Origin: Anaerohalosphaeraceae bacterium
GTDB lineage: Bacteria > Planctomycetota > Phycisphaerae > Sedimentisphaerales > Anaerohalosphaeraceae
Direction: 5' to 3'
DNA length: 31,848 bases
NCBI GenBank assembly: GCA_050309605.1
Contig: JBNRMN010000074.1
Coordinates: 1 to 31,848 of the forward strand
The notes under the pieces were generated by a model. It was not told the origin of the DNA, did not search any database, and was given only the letters and a program-made list of their open reading frames with translations. Position numbers and translations under genes: made by a program. Each line of letters starts with the position of its first letter. Positions within the stretch are counted from its first letter, which is position 1. Shown here piece by piece: positions 19,760-29,469 of this stretch.

Positions 19760-20030
19760 ACACCCGTGCAGAACGCTGTCGAGCCTCGGTCAAGACGACC
19801 CGCGACCGATTCAGGTTGTCCCGTCAATCGGTCATCGTGCCCTCCGCGAAAAAAAATCCTGCATTTCGCACAGTCCCTGAAGAGTTTCGCTTATCATCAC
19901 AAAGTCGGCCAAGCGTTTGGCACGCTCCCGGCAAGCATACTGTAACGCTATGCCTATGCACGACTTATTGTTCCTGCACATAACATCTTAACACCTTTCG
20001 AACAGACTAACATACCCACAATAACCCAAC

Positions 20031-20058
20031 ATTATAATCTAAGCATCCTCTTTGTCAA
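20031..20058 (-). promoter_or_regulatory. Consensus sigma70 promoter for the nusA operon
   Basis: TTGACA-N16-TATAAT on the minus strand. Confidence 0.75.
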
Positions 20059-20203
20059 GGCTTATAACGATGCCCAAAAAGAAAAATAAAGAAACGGTTT
20101 CTCTTCAAATCGCAGTATTCCGGCGTGCGTCAATCCCGCACCGAAGGATTGAATTCGGCATACACCGACGTTATAGTAGAGAAAACCATACAGGAAAATC
20201 AAG

Positions 20204-21679
20204 ATGAAACAGACAAAAAAAGAGGTCGTTTTACTTGCGGCTGCATTTCTATGTCTCTTGGCAGGCGCCTTGTTAAACCCCTGGCTGCTCAAACCGCTGA
20301 TACGTCTGTCCGACGGCCGCGTGTCGCCGTTGCGCGTGATCGTCCTGCTGATGTTTGATGTAGGTGCAATCGCGGCCGGATTGTTTTTGATCAAATACCG
20401 TAGAAAAACGGTCATTTCGTCCAAAAAAGCGGTTTTTTGCTTGCTTTCGCTGCTGTTGGCATTGCTTTTCACGGAAGGGGTGCTTCAGGTGTTGACGCGG
20501 CTGTCCCCGCCCATCGCCCGACAGCTTTCCGGTACGGCCATTACGCTCCACATTTCGGATGACCTTTTAGGGCAGCGCCCCAATCCTACTCATCCCGATC
20601 ATGATGCCCGTGGATTTCGCAATCGGACCGCTTTGACAGAGGCGGATATTGTCGCGCTCGGCGACTCGCAGACCTATGGAATGGGGGTCAAACGACATCA
20701 GGCCTGGCCGCAGCAGCTTAATCGCATTTCAGACTATACCGTGTACAGTATGTCGTTTGGTGGGTACGGCTGCGTGGAAGGGTTGGCTTTGCTGGAGGAT
20801 GCCGCCCGATTAAACCCGAAGCTTGTCGTCTTTGCTCTGTTTACCGGAAACGATTTGGTGGATGCCTTTAATGCGGTGTACAATAAAAACTTGTTCCCGG
20901 AATTCAAGTCCGCCGAGTCGGTTCAAACGGCGATTGAGCAGATTGAAAATACCTCTCCGCTTATGGAACAGGTCCGCCAGATCACGTGGCGAATGTGGCA
21001 AAAAGAAGTGGATGCTCCCCCCGCACCAAAGAAAAAAGAGAATGTGCCGGTACACCGAAGAACGCTTTTTTCGACGATCAAAAAAGCCAAACTGCTGCAA
21101 CTGTTTTTTGCCGCCGAGCGTTGTATCCAAAATACGGTTGTCCACACGCCTTATCGGCGCTGGCTCGCCATCAAAAACGGACATGTCAAACATCCGGAGA
21201 TTTTCGAGGTTCTTGACGTTCCCCCGTTTAGGACAATTTTTACGCCGGACTATCGTTACATCGCAATGAATCTGGATGATCCGCGAATTGCCGAGGGGCT
21301 TTCGATTTCGCTCAAGGCCCTGCAGCGGATGCAGACCGTTGCCGCTGCGAACGGCAGCGATTTTCTGGTCGTGCTGATTCCGACAAAAGAAATGGTATTT
21401 TACGGCGTGCTTGACGATTCCGGCATTGAGCCGTCGGAATCGATGCAATGGGTCGTACAGCAGGAAACCCGTTTACACGAGCAAGTCCGGACGTTTCTCA
21501 AGCAGCACGATATCGCATGTATAGAGGCACTTGCGGCGTTAAGACAATCCTTAATGGATGGGAAACAGCCCTATTTCATCGATGCAGACGGCCACTTAAA
21601 CGCGCTTGGACACGATACGGTGGCCCGAAGCGTCAATGCGTATATCCAGACGTCGGAACTGGGGATGACATCTCGATGA
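20204..21679 (+). CDS. Membrane-anchored SGNH/GDSL hydrolase-family protein (AlgX-like polysaccharide acetylation type)
   Basis: Three N-terminal TM segments, GFRN, IVALGDSQTYG, FTGND and DGHLNALGH. Confidence 0.82.
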   Translation: MKQTKKEVVLLAAAFLCLLAGALLNPWLLKPLIRLSDGRVSPLRVIVLLMFDVGAIAAGLFLIKYRRKTVISSKKAVFCLLSLLLALLFTEGVLQVLTRLSPPIARQLSGTAITLHISDDLLGQRPNPTHPDHDARGFRNRTALTEADIVALGDSQTYGMGVKRHQAWPQQLNRISDYTVYSMSFGGYGCVEGLALLEDAARLNPKLVVFALFTGNDLVDAFNAVYNKNLFPEFKSAESVQTAIEQIENTSPLMEQVRQITWRMWQKEVDAPPAPKKKENVPVHRRTLFSTIKKAKLLQLFFAAERCIQNTVVHTPYRRWLAIKNGHVKHPEIFEVLDVPPFRTIFTPDYRYIAMNLDDPRIAEGLSISLKALQRMQTVAAANGSDFLVVLIPTKEMVFYGVLDDSGIEPSESMQWVVQQETRLHEQVRTFLKQHDIACIEALAALRQSLMDGKQPYFIDADGHLNALGHDTVARSVNAYIQTSELGMTSR

Positions 21680-21692
21680 CCCGGCCAACAGA

Positions 21693-22199
21693 TCAGTATT
21701 CGATGTACGCCACACCGGTCGAGTCGGTGCTGGCCGTGTTCAGACGAATTTCAGCCGTTTCGGGTTTATACAGCCAGCCGATGGTGGTTGCGGAGGGATC
21801 GGCCTCTATCGTACTGACGATTTTAACGCCGTTCTGCCCGTTGAACGGATTCTTCGGAAATCGGTCCAGATAAGGGCCATGAGGATGAGTGGTCGTAGGC
21901 GTTTTTGATGCTGAGGCAACGCCATTGATGTTTGTAGTATAGGTTAATTGTGCAATCAGTGTGGATGCCGGCACGGGATTCAGCATGCTGCCGATCACAA
22001 CATAGCCGGGGGCAAGTCCGTTATGCTGAAGTTTGTACAGTTCAATCTGCGTCCGTATAATCCGCAGGTTCTCTTTGGCGGCCGATTCGCGTGCCTGCTG
22101 CTGATGGTTCTGAAAATGCGGCAGGACGATCGCCGCCAGGATTCCAAGAATGGAAACCACAATCAACAACTCAACCAGCGTAAAACCGCGTGTTTTCAT
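21693..22199 (-). CDS. Prepilin-type (GspG-like pseudopilin) protein
   Basis: MKTRG/FTLVELLIVVSILGILAAIVLP N-methylation motif; QIELYKLQH...GPYLDRFPKNPF. Confidence 0.88.
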   Translation of the reverse strand: MKTRGFTLVELLIVVSILGILAAIVLPHFQNHQQQARESAAKENLRIIRTQIELYKLQHNGLAPGYVVIGSMLNPVPASTLIAQLTYTTNINGVASASKTPTTTHPHGPYLDRFPKNPFNGQNGVKIVSTIEADPSATTIGWLYKPETAEIRLNTASTDSTGVAYIEY

Positions 22200-22409
22200 T
22201 TATCAGACCTTGATCGCCTCGTTAACCGGCGGCAAACAGCCGTCCCGTCCGGATTTTTTCGGTTTTTTTCCCGAACGACTTAACCCGGACTCCCAGTTCG
22301 TGGAAAATTTAGATGCCGGATCGAGCCTCAAAGAAGTGCCTAAAAAAGGCCTTGTACGACGACTATCTGGCAAATTGGTATTTTCAGCTAATTTGCAGGC
22401 GAAAAAAGG

Positions 22410-22437
22410 TTGAAAATAGATAACTTTGGGTTATACT
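22410..22437 (+). promoter_or_regulatory. Sigma70-type promoter for rpsO-pnp
   Basis: TTGAAA-N16-TATACT about 80 nt upstream of rpsO. Confidence 0.6.
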
Positions 22438-22519
22438 ATCGCGTTTGTTAATGAGTGGAAAAAATAGGTCAGGGGGCATGTGGCCCCACCCAAGAACGAT
22501 GAAAGGATGACAGAAAGCA

Positions 22520-22786
22520 ATGATTACCAAAGAGAAAAAGACAAAAGTGATTGAGGAATACAAAACCGCCCCCGGCGACACCGGCTCGCCGGAGGTGCAG
22601 GTGGCCATCCTCAGCAAGCGGATCAGCGAGCTGACCGAACACCTTAAAACCCATCCCAAAGATCACTCGTCGCGGCGGGGACTGCTCAAAATGATCGGCA
22701 ATCGGTCTGCGTTGCTCAAGTACGTCAAAGCCAAAGACATCAATCGCTATCGCCGTATTATTTCCCGTCTGGGATTGCGCAAGTAG
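22520..22786 (+). CDS. rpsO: 30S ribosomal protein S15
   Basis: [27 protein letters not shown] and LGLRK. Confidence 0.97.
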   Translation: MITKEKKTKVIEEYKTAPGDTGSPEVQVAILSKRISELTEHLKTHPKDHSSRRGLLKMIGNRSALLKYVKAKDINRYRRIISRLGLRK

Positions 22787-22959
22787 GTTACCCGTTCGCA
22801 GGGTGCCTTATGCTGCTCCAGAGAGGGAGGATGCGCGGTGATGGTTTTTCCAAAAAAGACGTTATCGATACAGATAGAGCGAGAAGGTTCACGGCTTGAC
22901 GGTATTGCCTGATGTGAACGCAATGACAATTATTCAAATTTTTTCAGGAAGCAAACCTT

Positions 22960-25071
22960 ATGTTTACGATACATCGTGTAGAAAAAGAAATCGGCGGCAA
23001 GATGATCAGTCTTGAAACCGGTCGAATTGCCCGTCAGGCACACGGCGCCGTGGTGGCTCAACTGGGACAGACCATGGTCATGGCCGCGGCGGTCACCGCT
23101 CCGCCCAGAAGCGAAGAGATCGACTACTTTCCCCTGAGTGTGGATTATCGTGAAAAATACAGCGCCGCCGGCAAGTTTCCCGGCGGTTTTCTCAAACGGG
23201 AAGGACGCCCTTCCACCAAAGAAACACTGACCAGCCGCCTGATTGACCGTCCAATTCGTCCGCTGTTTCCCGACGGGTATTTTCAGGAGGTGCAGATTAC
23301 GGTCAATGTCATCAGTGCCGATCAGGACAACGATCCGGATGTGTTGGCGATGATCGCCGCCAGTGCCGCGCTGAGCATCAGCAAAATCCCGTTCCTCGGC
23401 CCGCTGGGCGCCTGCCGCGTCAGCCGCGTGGACGGGCGGTTTATCGTGTTTCCCACCTATCAAGAACGCGACCGAGGCGATTTTAATCTTGTGTTGGGCG
23501 GCAAACGCGAAGCGATCAATATGATTGAAGTGGATGCCAAAGAAACTCCCGAAGAGGTGGTTGCCGAGGCGGTTCAGATCGGCCATGAGCACGTCCAGCA
23601 GGTCTGCGACCTGATCGACGAACTGACGGCCAAGTGTAATCCCGAAAAAGAAGCCCCCCTGTTCGAACTGGACGAGACCTTGTGCACGCAAATCGAAGGG
23701 GAAACCTTCGATGCGTTTTACCAGGCCTATCAGATTCATCTGAAAGCCGAGCGGACCGCTGCGGTCAACGCCGCCATTGAGCAGGCCGTTCAAAAATACG
23801 TCGCCGTTGAGCCGCCGGCCTGTACGGCCACCCAATTGAAACGAATGCTGGATGCCGTCCAGTGGAAGGCGGTGCGCAAACTGCTGCTCGAGGGCAAACG
23901 TCCCGATGGGCGCGACTACGACCAAGTCCGCCCGATTTATTGCGAGGTAGGGCTGCTGCCGCGTTCGCACGGCTCGGCGCTGTTTACCCGCGGTGAAACG
24001 CAGGCGATGGTCTCGTGTACGCTGGGCACCGGACGCGATGAGCAAATCATCGACGGCCTGACCGAAGAATTCGGACAGAGCTTTATGCTGCATTACACCT
24101 TTCCGCCGTTTTCGGTCGGTGAAGTGCGTCCGTTCCGCGGCCCCGGTCGGCGCGAAATCGGACACGGGGCGCTGGCGGAAAAAGCGCTTGAACAGGTGCG
24201 ACCGGCCGAAGAGGATTTTCCTTATACCATCAAGATTGCCTCGGACATTACCGAGTCCAACGGCTCCAGCTCGATGGCCTCGGTCTGCGGCGGCTGTCTG
24301 GCGCTGATGGATGCGGGCGTACCGATTGTCCGGCCCGTGGCGGGTATTTCCATTGGTTTGGTTACCGAGGGCGACCGCTACGAGCTGCTGACCGATATTC
24401 TCGGCGACGAAGACCATTTCGGCGATATGGATTTCAAAGTCGCCGGCACTGTCAAAGGCATTACGGCGATTCAACTGGACATCAAGGCCTCCGGCCTGCC
24501 TCATCACATTATGGTGGCCGCACTGGATCGCGCCCGTCAGGCACGGCTGAAAATCCTCGATATAATGCATCAGACGATTGACAAACCGCGTCCGGTGCTG
24601 AGCGAATATGCGCCGAAGATTGTCTCGATCAAGATTGATCCGGAGTATATCGGCAAGGTGATCGGCCCGTCGGGCAAGACGATTCGGGCCATTCAGGAAC
24701 AGACCAGTTCGCTGATTGATATCGAAGAAGACGGCACGGTGACCATCAGTTGCGTCGGCGGCGACGGACATCTGAAGGCCCGCGATCTCATTGAGGCCAT
24801 GACCACGCCGCCGAAGGTCGGACGCATTTATCGCAATGCCAAAGTGGTCTCATCCAAAGAATTCGGCGTGTTTGTGGAAATATCGCCGGGCGTGGAAGGA
24901 CTGTGCCATATCAGTGAACTGAGCGACGGCTATGTCAAAAATGCTGACGATGTCTGCAAAGTGGGCGATTTGATTGATGTGAAACTGTTGTCGATTGACG
25001 AACAAGGTCGGTTCAAACTCAGCCGCAAAGCGGCGCTGGCTGAGATGAAGAAAACCGATAAGAAAAGTTAA
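22960..25071 (+). CDS. pnp: Polyribonucleotide nucleotidyltransferase (PNPase)
   Basis: AAGKFPGGFLKREGRP, HGSALFTRGETQ, SNGSSSMASVC and DHFGDMDFKVAGT, plus KH and S1 domains. Follows rpsO. Confidence 0.97.
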   Translation: MFTIHRVEKEIGGKMISLETGRIARQAHGAVVAQLGQTMVMAAAVTAPPRSEEIDYFPLSVDYREKYSAAGKFPGGFLKREGRPSTKETLTSRLIDRPIRPLFPDGYFQEVQITVNVISADQDNDPDVLAMIAASAALSISKIPFLGPLGACRVSRVDGRFIVFPTYQERDRGDFNLVLGGKREAINMIEVDAKETPEEVVAEAVQIGHEHVQQVCDLIDELTAKCNPEKEAPLFELDETLCTQIEGETFDAFYQAYQIHLKAERTAAVNAAIEQAVQKYVAVEPPACTATQLKRMLDAVQWKAVRKLLLEGKRPDGRDYDQVRPIYCEVGLLPRSHGSALFTRGETQAMVSCTLGTGRDEQIIDGLTEEFGQSFMLHYTFPPFSVGEVRPFRGPGRREIGHGALAEKALEQVRPAEEDFPYTIKIASDITESNGSSSMASVCGGCLALMDAGVPIVRPVAGISIGLVTEGDRYELLTDILGDEDHFGDMDFKVAGTVKGITAIQLDIKASGLPHHIMVAALDRARQARLKILDIMHQTIDKPRPVLSEYAPKIVSIKIDPEYIGKVIGPSGKTIRAIQEQTSSLIDIEEDGTVTISCVGGDGHLKARDLIEAMTTPPKVGRIYRNAKVVSSKEFGVFVEISPGVEGLCHISELSDGYVKNADDVCKVGDLIDVKLLSIDEQGRFKLSRKAALAEMKKTDKKS

Positions 25072-25237
25072 TAGCGCATTGCAAGCGGCGGCCGGTATCC
25101 CTTTATCGGCCGCGGCGATTTACGGTCTATGTGACGAAGTGAGTTGTTTCGCTGACCTCGAAATGGGCGATCAGGAACGCACTTGAGCAATTGTGCGGGA
25201 CGAGAAAGGAAACTCGCTTCGATCATGGAGACTGCGA

Positions 25238-25495
25238 ATGGCCAAAGGTACAGTGAAGTGGTTTGACCCGAAGAAAGGATTTGGTTTTGTGGTCAACGAA
25301 TCAGGTGAAGATGTGTTTGTGCATTACAGCAGTATCCATGCAGAAGGATTCCGCTGTCTGCGAAGCGGACAAAGGGTCGAGTACCATCCGATCCAAACAC
25401 CAAAAGGATTAAAGGATCGAACGGTTCAACTGCTTCCGCAAACAGACAGCGGCTACACGACAACATCGGACCGTCAAAGGTCGCCGTCTGACTGA
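25238..25495 (+). CDS. Cold-shock domain protein
   Basis: KGTVKWFDPKKGFGF (RNP1) and DVFVHYS (RNP2). GGAG SD before the ATG at 25238. Confidence 0.92.
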   Translation: MAKGTVKWFDPKKGFGFVVNESGEDVFVHYSSIHAEGFRCLRSGQRVEYHPIQTPKGLKDRTVQLLPQTDSGYTTTSDRQRSPSD

Positions 25496-25529
25496 CGGAT
25501 TTTGAATTGTTTTTTCAGCGCGACGTGAA

Positions 25530-26885
25530 ATGAAAAAAGAGCCAACCATTGTCATTGCGGTTCCTCAGAAAGATCAGGCCGAACAGATCAAATCGGTTTT
25601 TGCCGCACAAGGATTCAACACGCTTTATACGGATCACGGCGACGGAGTAAGGAAGTATCTGGAAACGGCGCCGGTGGGGGCGGTGTTCTGTGCGTATTCC
25701 TTTCATCAATACGGCGACGGGCTGGATGTGCTCACGCATGTGCGCCGGCAAAATCCGGCCGTGGCGGTGATTATGCTGGCCGAGGAGCCGGATCTGGCCG
25801 CGTGCAAGCAGTCGCTCAAACGGGGGGCGTATGATTTCTTCGTCGCGCCGCCGGACCGCAGCGAATTGGAGCGTCTGGCGCGCGAGCTTCGACCGACCGG
25901 TCCGCCGAAAGGGATTGAGGACTTTATTTTTCCCGGTGTCATCAGCCGCAGCCCGGCCATGCAGGGGGTCTATCGCATTCTGCGCCGCGTCGCGCCGACC
26001 GATCTGACCGTGCTGATTGAGGGCGAATCGGGAACCGGCAAGGAACTGACCGCCCGGTCGCTGCATGCCAACTCCAAACGCGCCGACAAGCCGTTTTATC
26101 CGATCAACTGCGCGGGCCTGGCCGAAAGTCTGCTCGAAAGCGAATTGTTCGGACACGTCAAAGGCGCTTTTACCGGCGCGACAGCCGACCGCAAAGGGCT
26201 GTTTCAACTGGCCGATAAGGGCACGCTTTTTCTTGACGAAATCGGCGATATGCCCTCGCTGATGCAGGCCAAGCTGCTGCGGGTGCTCGAAGACGGCCTG
26301 GTCTTGCCGGTCGGCGGCTCGACGCCGATCAAAGTGGATGTCCGCGTCATCAGCGCGACCAACCACGATCTGGCCAAACAGGTCGAAGAAAAACAGTTTC
26401 GACAGGATTTATATTTTCGCATCAAAGGCGTCAGCGTCACACTGCCGCCGCTTCGCAACCGTCCGCAGGATATTCCCGAACTGTTCGGCTATTTTCTCAA
26501 ACAGGCCTGTGAGGAGATCGGCACGGATATTCATCTGATTACCGAACCGGCGATGCGTGCGCTGATGAGTTATTCCTGGCCGGGCAACATCCGCCAATTG
26601 CGTCATGTCGTGCGGACAACGGTGGCCCTGTGTGAGCGCGACACGATTGATCTGCGCGACCTGCCGCCGGAAATTGCCCGCGTCAAGCAGCTTGAGGCCC
26701 CGCTGTCCGGTGCGCACCTGATCGCCGCCGGCCAGGAGACCGCCGGGCTGCCCCTCGAAGAGGTCGAACGCGAGCATATCCGCCGCACACTCGAACTGAC
26801 CGGGCAGAACCGCGCCGAAGCGGCCAAACTGCTCAAAATAGGCGAACGCACCCTCTACCGTAAAATCAAAGAATACAATTTGTAA
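25530..26885 (+). CDS. Sigma54-dependent transcriptional activator (NtrC-like) with an atypical receiver domain
   Basis: [40 protein letters not shown] and a C-terminal Fis HTH. Confidence 0.93.
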   Translation: MKKEPTIVIAVPQKDQAEQIKSVFAAQGFNTLYTDHGDGVRKYLETAPVGAVFCAYSFHQYGDGLDVLTHVRRQNPAVAVIMLAEEPDLAACKQSLKRGAYDFFVAPPDRSELERLARELRPTGPPKGIEDFIFPGVISRSPAMQGVYRILRRVAPTDLTVLIEGESGTGKELTARSLHANSKRADKPFYPINCAGLAESLLESELFGHVKGAFTGATADRKGLFQLADKGTLFLDEIGDMPSLMQAKLLRVLEDGLVLPVGGSTPIKVDVRVISATNHDLAKQVEEKQFRQDLYFRIKGVSVTLPPLRNRPQDIPELFGYFLKQACEEIGTDIHLITEPAMRALMSYSWPGNIRQLRHVVRTTVALCERDTIDLRDLPPEIARVKQLEAPLSGAHLIAAGQETAGLPLEEVEREHIRRTLELTGQNRAEAAKLLKIGERTLYRKIKEYNL

Positions 26886-26886
26886 A

Positions 26887-27236
26887 GGGTGTAACCAGTC
26901 TTCCGCTATGCAACTTTTTTCTATCTTGAATCGATTTTCTTCTGATATGGGTATAGTTTCCGGCGGTTCAGTTCAATGCGATACTGCTGAAAAAAACTCC
27001 CAGTCATCGTTCAAGAACACCGCACGTACATTTAGCATCGCTTGCGCCCCGGCAACGCGCCAGTGCATCCCGATTCCTTCCATGCGATCCATAACCAGGT
27101 GCCGGCAGGCGCCTTCCACAACACCGCTGCCAATGGGATAGCCGTTTGCCAGATATTCATCGTATTTCATAAAGCGTCGGTTGTTTTGAAAGTAGGTCAG
27201 TACCCTGGCCCATTGCGTGCGTTTGGTCATGTTCAA
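26887..27236 (-). mobile_element. ISKra4-family IS remnant: transposase 3' end (frameshifted) and one terminal inverted repeat
   Basis: YFQNNRRFMKYDEYLANGYPIGSGVVEGACRHLVMDRMEGIGMHW motif. An extra base in the A7 run at 26990-26996 hides the continuation QQYRIELNRRKLYPY. Probable IR GGGTGTAACC starts at 26887. Confidence 0.8.
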
Positions 27237-27238
27237 AT

Positions 27239-27403
27239 GCCCTTTGGTTTGACCCGAAGATGCTGGACTATGACGAGTACTGGAACAGCGAGATTGCGGC
27301 CAAGCTGGCGGATTTTGAGCGGATTACCAAGTCCGACTATCTGGAACTGCTTCGGCAGAACGGCTTTATCATTGACCATAACCAAAGACATTTGTTTGAT
27401 TGA
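27239..27403 (+). pseudogene. 3' fragment of an unknown gene (or a 47-aa ORF from ATG 27260)
   Basis: Reads ALWFDPKMLDYDEYWNSEIAAKLADFERITKSDYLELLRQNGFIIDHNQRHLFD* with coding-like codons. It abuts the IS remnant and converges on umuC. Confidence 0.5.
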
Positions 27404-27408
27404 CGGTC

Positions 27409-28668
27409 TTATCCCACCTGCACCAGTTCACTCCATCGCGTCGTATAGCAGGCCGAGCGGTGGTTGAATTGCGTTTGCCAGGGTTTGACGATGCCTTCGG
27501 CGGCAAAGGCGACTTGTTTGTGGTGTCTGTTGAGCCGATCCAGTGTCGCCATCAGGCGGCTGTCCCGTTGACGTGTGGCGGGATTGTCGAACAGGTTCAG
27601 TTGTACCCGATTTTTCGACACCAGCCCACTAAGCAGGACTCCGGCCTTCTTGAATTTAACTCCATCCCGATAGACCCGTGCGGCCAGCGGCCCGACCGCC
27701 TTGACCAGTTCCACGCTGCTGTCGGTTGCCGTCTCAAAGATATGACTGGCTGCATTCGAGTAGGCGTTGGCCTTGTCAAACCGGTTGCTCATCGCAAACA
27801 CCGTCAGCGTCTTGACGCATAACCCTTGCTGACGCAGCTTTTCGCCCGCCCGCACCGCATAGCTGCACACCGCCTCGTGCAGGGCGTCCAGCGTTGTTAC
27901 CGGCTGGCCGAATGACCGCGACACACAGATATTCTGGTTCGGCGCAGGTGTATCTTCCAACCCAAAGCACATCTGCCCCCGCAGTTCCAGCACCGTCCGT
28001 ACCGTCATCACTGAAGACGCCTTCTGAACCCACCGGGTATCGGCCTGGGCCAGTTGCTTTGCGTTGACAATCCCGACCTTACGCAGCTTGGCCGCGATCC
28101 GACGGCCCACGCCCCAGACCTCCTCGACCGGGGTGCGTTCCAGCGCCGCAGCAATATACCGCTCCTGGGTCAAATCCAGCACCCCGGCGGCCTTGTCGGA
28201 CGTCTTGGCCAGATGGTTGGCCACCTTGGCCAGCGTCTTGGTTCGGGCCATCCCCACCGAGACCGGAATCCCCGTCCATTGCAGCACCGTCTGTCGCAAG
28301 CGTCGTCCATAAGCGTCCAGATGGCTGTCGAATCCCTCCAAATCCAAAAACGCCTCGTCAATCGAGTACATCTCCATCGACGGCGTAAACTGCCCCAGCG
28401 TCTGCATCACGCGGCTGGACATATCGGCATAGAGAGTATAGTTCGAAGACAATACGGCCACGTTGTGTTTTTCCAGCAGGTCGCGCACCTTAAATGCCGG
28501 CGTACCCATGCCGATCCCCAGCGCCTTGGCTTCATTGCTGCGGGCAACGATACAGCCGTCGTTATTCGACAAGACCACCACCGGCCGTTTCCGCAAGCCG
28601 GGGTCAAAGACCCGCTCACAGGACACATAGAAGTTGTTGCAATCGACTAAAGCAAAAAGGGTACTCAT
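27409..28668 (-). CDS. umuC: Y-family DNA polymerase V catalytic subunit
   Basis: [43 protein letters not shown] and a QLNLF clamp motif. Confidence 0.95.
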   Translation of the reverse strand: MSTLFALVDCNNFYVSCERVFDPGLRKRPVVVLSNNDGCIVARSNEAKALGIGMGTPAFKVRDLLEKHNVAVLSSNYTLYADMSSRVMQTLGQFTPSMEMYSIDEAFLDLEGFDSHLDAYGRRLRQTVLQWTGIPVSVGMARTKTLAKVANHLAKTSDKAAGVLDLTQERYIAAALERTPVEEVWGVGRRIAAKLRKVGIVNAKQLAQADTRWVQKASSVMTVRTVLELRGQMCFGLEDTPAPNQNICVSRSFGQPVTTLDALHEAVCSYAVRAGEKLRQQGLCVKTLTVFAMSNRFDKANAYSNAASHIFETATDSSVELVKAVGPLAARVYRDGVKFKKAGVLLSGLVSKNRVQLNLFDNPATRQRDSRLMATLDRLNRHHKQVAFAAEGIVKPWQTQFNHRSACYTTRWSELVQVG

Positions 28669-29090
28669 AATGGATGAATCACATTGGTTACCACGCCCCA
28701 GACCTCAAACTCCATCCCTTCGGTGATGGGCTGGACGGGGTAGTTGTCGTTTTCCGGTTCAAGCGAGTATGTGCCGCGGCGAATCCGCAGCCGCTTGACG
28801 GTTAACTGCCCGTCGAGGACGGCGATGATGACGCTGCCGTTTTTCGGGTCTTTGGCCCGATCGACGATTAAGAGGTCGCCGTCATGAATTCCCGCCCCGA
28901 CCATCGAATCCCCGGCCACCCGGACAAAGAATGTCGCGGCCGGGTTCTTGATCAGATGCTTGTTCAAATCGAGCTTGCTTTCTTCATAGTCCGCCGCCGG
29001 GGACGGAAACCCCGCTGCAATCCGCGCAATGAACGCCGGCAGTTTCTGCTCACTGAACTGTGGTTTGAATATTTTATCGACTTTCGCCAT
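28665..29090 (-). CDS. umuD: DNA polymerase V autoproteolytic subunit (S24 peptidase)
   Basis: [12 protein letters not shown] cleavage site, GDSM Ser and TVKR Lys. ATGA overlap with umuC. Confidence 0.95.
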   Translation of the reverse strand: MAKVDKIFKPQFSEQKLPAFIARIAAGFPSPAADYEESKLDLNKHLIKNPAATFFVRVAGDSMVGAGIHDGDLLIVDRAKDPKNGSVIIAVLDGQLTVKRLRIRRGTYSLEPENDNYPVQPITEGMEFEVWGVVTNVIHPL

Positions 29091-29117
29091 TGTTATTCTC
29101 TAAAACATTAAACCATG

Positions 29118-29126
29118 ATTATAGCA
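29118..29126 (-). promoter_or_regulatory. Extended -10 promoter for umuDC
   Basis: TGcTATAAT on the minus strand, 28 nt upstream of the umuD ATG. Confidence 0.6.
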
Positions 29127-29257
29127 ATTCGCGATGGCTAAGAAAACATTGAGGTATTTTTCTTTACGGCAGCGGATTGGCAATCTGCTTTTGCGCCAAC
29201 TCGGCGGCGATGTCGCCGGGGTTGTTTTTGAAGCGGTATTGCATTTCCAGGGATACA

Positions 29258-29323
29258 AGCTTGCGGCACACATTCGGCTCGATGCTGGTCGCGTCCGACA
29301 TGCATCCCAAGACCGCCCAAGCC
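29258..29323 (+). pseudogene. Tyrosine integrase catalytic-box fragment
   Basis: SLRHTFGSMLVASDMHPKTAQA matches the HxLRH...HPKxAQ region of phage integrases. Only about 22 codons remain. Confidence 0.7.
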
Positions 29324-29370
29324 GGATTATTGCAGACTATTCCGGACAGTTGGGGTTTTCAAGTGGAAAC

Positions 29371-29406
29371 AAAAAAACCCTGTTTTCACGCGAAAAACAG
29401 GGTTTT
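29371..29406 (-). terminator. Terminator downstream of the tRNA-His fragment
   Basis: 13-bp stem AAAACCCTGTTTT/AAAACAGGGTTTT with an A7 run (U-tract on the minus strand). Confidence 0.75.
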
Positions 29407-29422
29407 GGGCCTGAAAATCAAA

Positions 29423-29468
29423 GGGTGGAAGAGGGGATTCGAACCCCCGACCCCCAGAACCACAATCT
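29423..29468 (-). other. 3' half of tRNA-His(GTG), an att site of an integrative element
   Basis: Minus strand AGATT-GTG-GTTCTGGGGGTCGGGGGTTCGAATCCCCTCTTCCACCC gives the anticodon loop, T-arm and acceptor 3' strand. No matching 5' half is present. Confidence 0.88.
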
Positions 29469-29469
29469 A

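Noticed and set aside
19918..19933. Sigma54-like site TGGCACG-CTCC-CGGCA on the plus strand
   Set aside because: The GG-N10-GC spacing is right, but the -12 element lacks TT and the site is about 270 nt from the next gene, so it is too weak to call.
25088..25113. Terminator after pnp
   Set aside because: A GC-rich hairpin is present but has no convincing U-tract.
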